This document shows positions 28,355 to 37,300 of a stretch of 64,000 bases of DNA, one piece after another. The DNA lies in IMG/VR virus record IMGVR_UViG_3300046376_000226, positions 10,556 to 74,555 of that record, one strand, 5' to 3'. The stretch comes from a virus. Below the pieces are notes generated by a model that worked only from the letters and a program-made list of their open reading frames with translations, made no database searches and was not told the origin of the DNA. The position numbers were made by a program, and so were the translations under genes. Position 1 is the stretch's first letter; each line of letters opens with the position of its first letter.

Positions 28355-30271
28355 TCATAAAGGCCAAGTCTGTTGGGCAGTGAAGATATCGGTTTGTTTG
28401 ACCGGCGGCGGCAGCCAGACCTCGCACGGTACCTGGTTAGATGGTAAGGGCGGCATCACTCGAGGGCCGTCTTCCCAAGGTGGCGGGGGACCCTGAACAT
28501 TGATCAGGGTTTGCTGATCCTGGCCTGCGTAGGGCGCAAACGGATTATCCGGTATCGGCACCGGAACATAGGGAATAGGCGGATTAAACGGGCTGAAATT
28601 ACGGGTAGTCCTGGCGGCGGCCAGTAACAACATGCATTGATATTGCCAGTTGACCCCGCCCGGGGCGGCCGTCACGTCGCCTTGAGCTTGCCCCAGATAC
28701 GCCTCGATAAATTGCAGTCCCCAGGAGATGCCATTCTGAAGTACTGCGGGCCATTGATCGACCCCCGCGTGCTGGGGCTGGCCACCGGCCGGGTTAGTCA
28801 GGGTAATAGCGTGAGCGATTTTAGCCGGGGTGATATCCTGACCGGCTGGGCCCAGGCTTATGTTCCAGTTGTTGTACTTGGTGCCGATTTGGCCAACGGG
28901 CGCGATCGAGAGCAGCCAGTTCATCCAGGGCACACCGATCTGGGTATCATTAGCCAGGTTGTTCGGGAAAATCGGACTGTAAAAGTCGACCAGGAGCCGC
29001 GTTTTCTTGAATGCCAGCATCCACATCTGGGTGATCTGCTGAAACGCATTGTAGAGCAGGTCTAAGCCGGTCCGTCCGTTATAGGTTGTGGCGTAGAGTT
29101 CAGCGTTGTCGGCGTCCGAGCGGCAAAAGGCCATCCCGGTCTGCCAGCCAAACCCCGAGATCACGATATAGGTAAGGCAGGGATGATTATCGTAACGGTG
29201 AGCGAAAGCCTTGATGAAAGCTTGCAGTATCAGTTGGTAGTCTAGATCCCACGGGGCAGGGACGAGCCCTGTGCCCTGATCGACATCAAAAGTGTTGATC
29301 CCGGAATTCATCACCCAGTCCGGGGCCATAGCGCCTGAACCGAAAATGATCCCGATCATTTTACCGGTGGCTTGCGCTTGGGCTAGCGCCTGATCGATAT
29401 AGTTCCAGTTGTAGTCGGTGTCCGGATTATTGCCGCTGGGCGGCTGATGAGATAGATCGCTCCATTGCATCCGAATGGTTAACCCCGAGCAAAAGGGGTA
29501 ACCCCATACCGGAGAAGCTTGCATCGGGGGCACGGTATCGCCAAAGGGTCGGATTGGCGTGAGCCCACCAGGCAGCGTCTTACCGTTTTGATCGACGCTG
29601 AACCCGATATTAGGTGTTGGCGCCATGGCGAAGACGATCATCACGTTACCGGGTTTAGCTGTAGCGTTATAGGAACAGGGTTGCGCCGTGAATGCCCCGC
29701 TAGTGGAGGGCACGATCGAAAAGACGGCATGGCCGCTGCTAGTGCTTTGCTGGACCACAGTCCAGCCGGGAGTTACGGTCTGGCCGGTCCCGTTCCCGTA
29801 ACAAATCGCGATAACGGTATCGTAAATGTCCGGCAAGTTCATCGCGATAGAAGGATGAGGCTGGGTGCCTATGGGATAGGCCACGCCCGTAAGGCTGCCA
29901 GGAATGATGAGCGGAGTCGCGGGGATGCACAGAGTAAAGGGGCACAGGAACAAGTTGTTCACCCCGATGCTCATGTTCACCTGGACCGTAATAGTGGTAC
30001 CGTCAAAGGCTTGGGTCGGGTTAGCGCATAGAAACAGAGCAGCTGAATTAGAGGTAGTCTCCCCGGTATTTTGACTGAGCTGGAGCACATAGGTATTACC
30101 GGCGCTATCGGTCACGGTGGGTACGGCCGTGCCGGTTATGCGCCAGGCCACCGCAACGAAAATTGGCCCAGTAACCGGGAAATTTAACTGGGCACTCTGC
30201 GTAGAAGTTAGAAGCGTGGTGAGCGCTTGCGCCGAATCGAATACCCCGGCTGCTCCGGTAAGGGGAGTCAT
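28355..30271 (-). CDS. Tail-associated protein with glycoside-hydrolase (clan GH-A / GH42-like TIM barrel) domain
   Basis: Beta-rich N-terminus (VTDSAGNTY) then GLTIRMQWSDL, YNWNYIDQALAQA..GKMIGI, APDWV, PWD..Y..FIKAFAHRYDNHP. Confidence 0.65.
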   Translation of the reverse strand: MTPLTGAAGVFDSAQALTTLLTSTQSAQLNFPVTGPIFVAVAWRITGTAVPTVTDSAGNTYVLQLSQNTGETTSNSAALFLCANPTQAFDGTTITVQVNMSIGVNNLFLCPFTLCIPATPLIIPGSLTGVAYPIGTQPHPSIAMNLPDIYDTVIAICYGNGTGQTVTPGWTVVQQSTSSGHAVFSIVPSTSGAFTAQPCSYNATAKPGNVMIVFAMAPTPNIGFSVDQNGKTLPGGLTPIRPFGDTVPPMQASPVWGYPFCSGLTIRMQWSDLSHQPPSGNNPDTDYNWNYIDQALAQAQATGKMIGIIFGSGAMAPDWVMNSGINTFDVDQGTGLVPAPWDLDYQLILQAFIKAFAHRYDNHPCLTYIVISGFGWQTGMAFCRSDADNAELYATTYNGRTGLDLLYNAFQQITQMWMLAFKKTRLLVDFYSPIFPNNLANDTQIGVPWMNWLLSIAPVGQIGTKYNNWNISLGPAGQDITPAKIAHAITLTNPAGGQPQHAGVDQWPAVLQNGISWGLQFIEAYLGQAQGDVTAAPGGVNWQYQCMLLLAAARTTRNFSPFNPPIPYVPVPIPDNPFAPYAGQDQQTLINVQGPPPPWEDGPRVMPPLPSNQVPCEVWLPPPVKQTDIFTAQQTWPL

Positions 30272-30971
30272 TTAAGGGATTTTGCTCAATGAGGGCGGCG
30301 CCGCGCCCGGGGCAGTGTGCCGGGGCGGCTTAGGGGCCACATTAACGATCGCCGTGGTCTGGGTCAGTCCGTAATAGACCGGGGGCCCGGTCTCAACCGG
30401 ATTAACAAACGCTCCGGGCCCGTCTTCACGGACGTGCGGTTTTACGGGTGGCCCAGCAGCAAACTTGACCGGTATGAAAGGAGGATTGTGTGCCATTGCT
30501 TCCTTATGGGGTTGAGGTGCCGGAGCCGACCACTTTAACCAGGGTCGGAGTAATGAGGACCCCTAAGCCGTCGATATAGCTACCGGCCGGGAAAGTCTTG
30601 GTTGTGCCTCCCATACGTCCGATTTGGCTGGCAAGAAGATGTGGCGCGCTGGAGCCTGGGCCCATGATGGGCGGGGGCTGGATCTGGGAAATTAATGGTG
30701 AGGCTTTATCGGGCAGCACATTAACCCGGCTATGCGGCCAAGTCGGCCAGCCTGCTGGCGGCGCTTGGTTCTGGCCGTTGGCGCCGGTCGGCATTTTCTT
30801 GGGGAAAAATGTGCTCGGGTAAGGGTGAGTCGGAATCGGCGGCGCAACGGCGATAGTTCCTGTCTGCGGTGAGCCGTAGGGAACGGGGTTAAGGATCGGC
30901 CCCAGCTCGAAACCAGGGAAAGGCGCGCCACCCGATGGCGGCGGCCAGGTTGGGAATGGAGGTAAAGCCAT
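30272..30971 (-). other. Two Pro-rich small ORFs (30272-30496, 30504-30971)
   Basis: AAGGAA RBS before each; within the tail operon. Confidence 0.6.
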
Positions 30972-30981
30972 AGTTTTCCTT

Positions 30982-32379
30982 TCAAGTTTTAATGATGAAT
31001 TGCACTGCCAGATAAGGCGGCATGTTGTTATGCGGGGTGCCGCTCCCGGTGTTAGCCATAGTGATATTAGCCTGGCTCGAGCTGGTTGTAACTAGGCCAG
31101 CCCCAGCCACCGCTGCGGCAACGCCGCCGCTTCCGAGCGCTCCGGTCGGGACGGTGTGAGTATGGCCGGGATCAGTCAGTTGGTGGGCATGGGCCGCTAG
31201 CTCAGCGACAATCAGGGCATGAGTGGCCTCGCCTCCGGTTACGGCTATCGGGAAAGAGTTGCTTTGTCCCAAGGGGAACCTGCCTCTGAAATCGGGCACG
31301 TTAAAAGTGGTGCTCCCGTCACCAGCGCCCCAGGTAGTCGAGATAGCCGCGAACAGGGCAGGAAAACTCGTGCGGCTTAAAGCTGCGCCGTTACAGGCCA
31401 CCCAGCCTGCTGGAGGCGAGGCAGCCCCGTACATCTTGATCGTGCCCGGGAGATCCGAGCCGGGTACTCCTTGCGGTCCGGCCGGTCCGGCAGGCCCGAC
31501 TGCTCCTTGGGCTCCTCTAGGGCCGGTGCCGCTCACGATCGCTCCGGTCGGGATCACGGTCCCTGGCGGTTCAGCTCCGGCATAATTGAGGTTTAAGAGG
31601 TTGAGCGAGTTGGCTGTGAGGTCAACGGACTGGATACTGAAATAATTGCCGCCAACCGGCCCAGCCATAAACACAACGAGCCCCGCCGCAAACGCATCCG
31701 CTGCGACCACAAAGGCGGTCCCGTTCGTAGTAGGCACCGTGAAAGCCTGCGCTAAGGTCGTGTAAGCACTGGATCCGGATACCCCTTGCGGCCCGGGCGG
31801 CCCTTGCGGTCCCTGCGGTCCTTGGCCGCCGGTTGGCCCGCGCAAATTCGCCGGAGAAACCATAGCTCCGGCGCCAATCAAGGTGCCGACTGGCGCATTA
31901 GCCGGATCACCAGAATTAACCAGATTAACGTGTAAGGAGTTTGGCGCGCCGCCTACGCAGGTAAAGGTGCCAGCATTCGGGATATAGACTAAGAGCCCCG
32001 CCTTCATCCAGGATGAGTCGGTGACCTGCGTGGTCACCGTTAAGCCGAGGGCAGGGACACTGAATTGATTCGAAAGAAAGCTAAACGGGGTTTGACCCGG
32101 CGGCCCTTGCGGCCCTTGACCGCCTGCTTGACCTGGGGGGCCAATCTGACCGGCTGGCCCTGGCAACCCCATTCCAGGCGGCCCTTGTGGCCCTGGGCCA
32201 CCTCGCAATTGATCAATCCACATCCAAGCTGGAAGCGCACCGGGAGGGGCGTCGGGTTGAGTCGCACGCCAGAAACCGCCGTCATCGCGCGTGTAAGCGA
32301 AGTCGCCGGTAAAGACCACGATCTGATCGATCGCAGGAAGCTGAGTGTAGGTTGGGAATCCGCCTAAGAAGTTACTCAA
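30982..32379 (-). CDS. Tail fibre with collagen Gly-X-Y repeats and tail-collar domain
   Basis: GPQGPPG triplets in three blocks; PGTIKMYGAASPPAGWVACNG...LFAAI...GAGDGSTTFNVPDFRGRF; HNNMPPYLAVQFIIK. Confidence 0.92.
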   Translation of the reverse strand: MSNFLGGFPTYTQLPAIDQIVVFTGDFAYTRDDGGFWRATQPDAPPGALPAWMWIDQLRGGPGPQGPPGMGLPGPAGQIGPPGQAGGQGPQGPPGQTPFSFLSNQFSVPALGLTVTTQVTDSSWMKAGLLVYIPNAGTFTCVGGAPNSLHVNLVNSGDPANAPVGTLIGAGAMVSPANLRGPTGGQGPQGPQGPPGPQGVSGSSAYTTLAQAFTVPTTNGTAFVVAADAFAAGLVVFMAGPVGGNYFSIQSVDLTANSLNLLNLNYAGAEPPGTVIPTGAIVSGTGPRGAQGAVGPAGPAGPQGVPGSDLPGTIKMYGAASPPAGWVACNGAALSRTSFPALFAAISTTWGAGDGSTTFNVPDFRGRFPLGQSNSFPIAVTGGEATHALIVAELAAHAHQLTDPGHTHTVPTGALGSGGVAAAVAGAGLVTTSSSQANITMANTGSGTPHNNMPPYLAVQFIIKT

Positions 32380-32494
32380 ATCCGTGTTCCCACGGAGAGG
32401 CGAGCTTGCTAGTAGTGGCCGAAACTTAGCTAGCTTTTTACTCGGTGACGAGTTAAAACTTGCTTGACTTTAAAGCTGCCGCTACAAGCCCCGT

Positions 32495-33625
32495 GTGAAT
32501 ACGCTGCAAGAAGTATTGACCACTTTAGGTAGCCAGAAACTGAGCCCGGGTTATCTGACCCCTGCTGGCACCGGCACGGCGCACGATACGCTCCGAGCGC
32601 TTAAACAGGGTTTCGATCCTTATACCCTGATCAGTAACCCGATTGCTCGGCCCGCGCTGCTCTTTACTCCGGCCTGGGTCAGAAGCATTGCCGTTGGCCA
32701 GGATGCGATTTTCTTGGATGGTGTTGATGGGAACCTGGACTTAAGCCACGCTCAGGGACCGGCGTATCTATTTACGGAGCCGGTCTGATGCCCAATAAGC
32801 CTAAAGGGACAATCAAAGGTAAAAAGATCACCTCTGCCCAACAGCGCCTCTTTGGTACGGCTCGCGGCATGCAGGAGAGCGGCAAATCGAGCAAGACCGC
32901 AGCGGGCAAGATCGCGGCTTCGATTGCCCCAAGCGACCTTCACAACATTGCAAAAAAGCCCAAGGGCGGTTACCGCTCAAGGAAAGGTAAATAAATATGG
33001 CAGCCAAGAAAAAAGCACCGCCCAAACGGAAGACCGCCAGCGCTAAAGCCGCCCCACCCAAACGAGTCGGCTCATTTAAACCTCCTAAAAAGCCAAAGAT
33101 GCCAACGCTGGGCGGCGGCATGATGGGTCTGGGCGGCACTGGTGCAGGCGGGATGCTCCCGTAGAGCCCGTGAGCGTAGAGCAATACTACGCTAGCTTGA
33201 TGAACCAGCAGGCCCAGGCGGCTCAGCAGCCTCCCTGGCTTAGTGGTTACGCTAACCAGTACGGTAACCTGCTCCAGCAAGCTCAGCCGTTCCAGCAGGA
33301 AGGACTACAAAATGCGGCTGTTATCCCGGATGGGGTCGAACTGGATTTCGAGGGTGACCGGTGCGGTAAATCCTACCGGATCAAGCAGAACTGTATTAAG
33401 AGCTGGGACATCTATTTCTACGACTGGCACGAGGGGGGCTGGTACCAGTTGCGCGACTACGGGGTGACCCAGAAGCGAACTGAAGCGATTGCGGCCTGCA
33501 ATCAGCATGCGCGCGACTATAAGCTGATCGATTTCCTTCCTACCCGGCCGAAGTTTAAGTCTAATTGGTATGGCGCCATCGCTGGAGCTGTTGCGTCTGC
33601 TGCGTCTGCTGCGGCTTGGATATGA
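32495..33625 (+). other. Plus-strand island of four small genes (32495-32788, 32788-32994, 32997-33164, 33170-33625); two are very Lys-rich
   Basis: Coupled ORFs; SAQQRLFGTARG and MAAKKKAPPKRK basic proteins; TTGACT -35-like hexamer upstream at about 32465. Confidence 0.6.
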
Positions 33626-33720
33626 TGGGGTGGGCGAGTGGTTATAAGCCAACGGTGATACGTGACCGGTAGCATATCACCTCTGCTAGCGGTCCGCTGG
33701 TTCGAATCCAGCCCCCATCA
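33624..33720 (+). tRNA. tRNA-like RNA with long variable arm and non-canonical anticodon arm (identity undetermined)
   Basis: GATGGGG/CCCCATC acceptor, GGC-GAGTGGTTATAA-GCC D arm, GCTGG-TTCGAAT-CCAGC T arm; no canonical 7-nt anticodon loop with U33. Confidence 0.6.
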
Positions 33721-33762
33721 TGCGCAACGTTGCGCTATCGGCGCGCCGCCGAAAAACGAGAA

Positions 33763-33796
33763 GCCCCTTGAAAGGTTCCGACTCCTTCCAAGGGGC
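33763..33796. terminator. Hairpin at a convergent junction, possible terminator
   Basis: GCCCCTTG...CAAGGGGC inverted repeat between the plus island and the end of the minus-strand virion operon. Confidence 0.4.
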
Positions 33797-33868
33797 GCGT
33801 CGTATATGCAAGCACGGCGAGAAACGCCAAGCTAGTTTGCAGAACAGTGCTTTAGTCTTACGGGAAAA

Positions 33869-34342
33869 TCAAGGTCCTTCTGGTTCCGGCGCCTGCCCAG
33901 CTTGTGCTGGATAAGGTTGACTTACTCCTTGGGGCCCACTGGGTGCGGGCGGCGGTGTCGGACTGGTCTGCTGAGCCTGCGCTTGCTGAGCCGCTACTTC
34001 GGATTGCTGAGCCGCTTTCTGCTGCAAAACGGCTCGCTGCTTCGCTAAGTTGGCTTGAGCCTCAGTCGGCCCTAAACCCGGTGAGCCGCCGGTCTGGGCA
34101 GCATGCATCTTTTCAGCGCTGGCTTCGCCACTCGGGGGCTCCTCGTCCGGGTCCCGCCTCTTGCGGGGCGGCCCCTGGTAGGTCCCCGGATGCGGACCAA
34201 AACCCGCAGCATGCCGGAAGGCTGCTAGCCCGTATTCCTTCATCTCCGAAGGCATCTCGTCCTCATCAGGATTCTGAAATCCTATGTTCTGGTCCTGGTC
34301 TTGACCTCGACCCTGATCCTGATCTTGATCTTGCATGCGCAA
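33869..34342 (-). CDS. Gln/Pro-rich hypothetical protein
   Basis: QDQDQD repeats; directly after the 1875-aa gene. Confidence 0.55.
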   Translation of the reverse strand: MRMQDQDQDQGRGQDQDQNIGFQNPDEDEMPSEMKEYGLAAFRHAAGFGPHPGTYQGPPRKRRDPDEEPPSGEASAEKMHAAQTGGSPGLGPTEAQANLAKQRAVLQQKAAQQSEVAAQQAQAQQTSPTPPPAPSGPQGVSQPYPAQAGQAPEPEGP

Positions 34343-34344
34343 CG

Positions 34345-37300
34345 TTATGCTGCTTCCTGCATTTCTTCAACCGGTAAAGAGGGCAGCTTACCCTGCTTAA
34401 CCTTGTAAACTAAGGCATGCATGGCATCCAGATAATCAGCCTTGGGCCGCTGCGGTGAGCCTGCCATCTTGAATAAATCCTTAATGTCAAACCAGAGTAG
34501 CGCCTGCTTATCGGCATTGGTCAGGTGGACCCCGGCAGCTTTTAGCTTTTCACCTGCGCGTCGCATAATGTCGCGCCACCATTCCCGTTCAGTGCCGTTG
34601 CGTGGCGCGTCAGCTAGCTTAGTCGTACCCTCATCCAGCTTCTTAGCCGTCAGGTTCTCCGGAGTCTTGAACGATTCGTCGTAGCTTCCCTCCACTCCTG
34701 GGCTCTGTTGATAAAGCCTGTGCCGCTGCCGAGCCCACTTGTAAATCTCTGGCGCCAGGGCTCGCGCCGTTGGCCGGTCCAGCTTGCCCTCTGGTACTGC
34801 CATCAGCGCATCTAGTTCCTTGGATATCGTCTTGGCCTGATCCTCATCGATAGAAACCAACCCCGAATTGAGCACATCCCGAAGCTGGCTCAGATGGGAT
34901 TTAACGACCTCGCCTTTCTCGATCCGGTCTTTGCGGGTAGCCTCATCGCTGAACTTAAACATGTTCCCCGCCATCAGGTTCATGTTCCGGCTGAACCACA
35001 GGTCCATAGTGGTGGGATCGTAGTCACCGTTGAGGTTAGAAAAGAATGCCCCGATCTTGGCACCCAGCATCATAGCGCCGTTAACCGTGTGGTGCGCTAG
35101 TTCACCCCCTACGTCTAAACCAGGATACTGCTTAGCCAGCTCGCCCACGGTCATGCGCTTCATGAGCATCTTGCGCAGTTTGTCGCTGCCTAGCCCTGGA
35201 TTATTCTCATCCCCGTGCCAGAGCTTATTGATCTTGGCGAAGTTCTCTTCCATCTGCTCGGCTTTAAGCCCACCCCCGAAGATCTCGCGCGACTCTGGCA
35301 GGCGGCCCGTCTTAACGAAGTGATGGTACGCTGCCCAGGTGCTCTCGGTATTAGGGAATACATCCTGACCTTGGCTAGTGATAGCCCACGCTAGTTTGAA
35401 GGCTAGGTCATGATCCTTATCCGTTGCGATCTTGGGTGCAATCTCGCCAGCTTTCTTGAGAGCCTTCCGAATGGTGCGACTGTACCAGCCAAAAGCATGG
35501 CTGGGCTTGCCGCCAGTCGTAGTGCCAGCCAGCGAGTGCATAACATCGTGAACGACCGCATCCGATGCGTGCTCGCGATGCTCCTCATTTTCGTAATCGA
35601 GCTTCGGGTTATTGGCATCGTAGTACTCACCAATCTGCTCGTTCTTAAGCTTGCCTGGGAAGCTCCTAGCTCCAGTCAAGTGAGCATGCATGCTTTGTGG
35701 GTGAATGTCCGGATTCTGCTTAACCCAGGCTTTGCTAATTTTGTTTAGCCGGACAGAGGCAGCCTGCTCTTTTTTGTCTTCCGGAGTCTCGATTTTATCC
35801 CGATCAATGGCTGCTGTACGCATTGCTTCAGCCTTGATCGCCTTTTCTTCGTCCGCTTCGGCCTTAGTCTTCTTGACTTTGCCCGGAGCGGGCTGCTCCT
35901 CGGCCTCGGGCTCCTCGGCTTCTTCTTCCGCTCCAGGTTTTGCTCCAGGTTTAGTACCGGCCGTCTCGGGCAGCGGCTCGCCAGGGGCAGGTGGTGCGGC
36001 TTTCTGAGGCTTGGGCTTGGCAGCCTCAGTTTCGGTTGAAGTCGGTTTTTCAGGGACTAATCGGTTACGCCCCAGATCTTCGGCTGCTAAGCTTTCGTCT
36101 TCTGTCTTACCGACCTGTTTAGCCGATTTGGCGATTTGATGCGCTTCGTCACGATCAACAAATCGCCCTTTATTAGTGGTGAAACCGACTTCGTAGTTAT
36201 TAGGATCTTTTCTGCGCTCAGCGGCTACAGCTGCGTCATAATGAGTAAAACCCTCGGTGATTTTCCCGGTCGGGACATGATGGACGGCAGCCGCCCGGAT
36301 TGCCTCAGGTTGTTCCGGTGAGGGTTGCGGCTTCGCGGAAGGCGCTGCTGGCGGGGTTTTTGTCGGCGCGGCAGCAGGAGGTTCGTCATCCTGGTCTGGG
36401 GGCGGCGTTGCCGGGGGTGCCGCAGTAGTCGATACTGTCTGTCCAGCTAAATCATCGGGATCGCCCTGGGGTTTAACTAAACCGCCTTTAGCAAAGCCAG
36501 CAGGCTTAGTGGGTAACGGCACCTCGGCAGCCTTTTGCCGGTACTTTTCGACATCGATCTTTCCGTTAATCCATTGCTCACGCAGATTGTGCTTCATCTG
36601 CGTATGCTCTTCCGGTGTGATCGCTTCCGGGTCGTCCTCGTACGGTGTCACTAACCCACCACTACCTCCAACAAAGCGGTACTCATCCGGATCCTCACCC
36701 ATGGCTTCTAAGCGCCTGTGCGCTTCGGCTTCATCGATCTTATGATCAGAGAAATCGCGCTCGATCTTATTGATCTGGGCGTTGTCCTGATAGGTGTGAT
36801 GCAACGAGGTAGCAATCGGTACATCCGGACGCCCTTGTTCAGAGGTGTTTTGGATTGCCCTGGTCAGGTTCTGGAATTCTTTTCCGGGCCGGATGGTCTC
36901 CGGGAAATAACGTTCATCCTGGTGGTGCGCCACGATTAAGCCGGTCTTAAAACTGCGGACACTGGGTTCCAGTACCCGATTGCGCCAGCCTGGGTCGTGC
37001 TGTTCGATATGATGGCGCATCCGGTTGGTTTCGCCCTCCGGAGTAATCAAAGTGCCGTTGGCTTTAGCTAGCTCCCGCAGTTTCTGCGCGTCCTCGTGGC
37101 CCGCAAAAGCCATCGTGTTATTAATTACCGTGTTAATGAAGTCGGCTTCCCGTCGCTTCAATTTGTACGGAACATGGCTCGGGTCAGGTATATTAGGCAG
37201 ATCCTCGGTACCCAGCGCATGCCCGCGCCCGGTCGCGGTATGACCGGCATTGAGATTAGAATAGTAGCCTTCCAGGTCGTTATAGAACTTGTTTCCCAGG

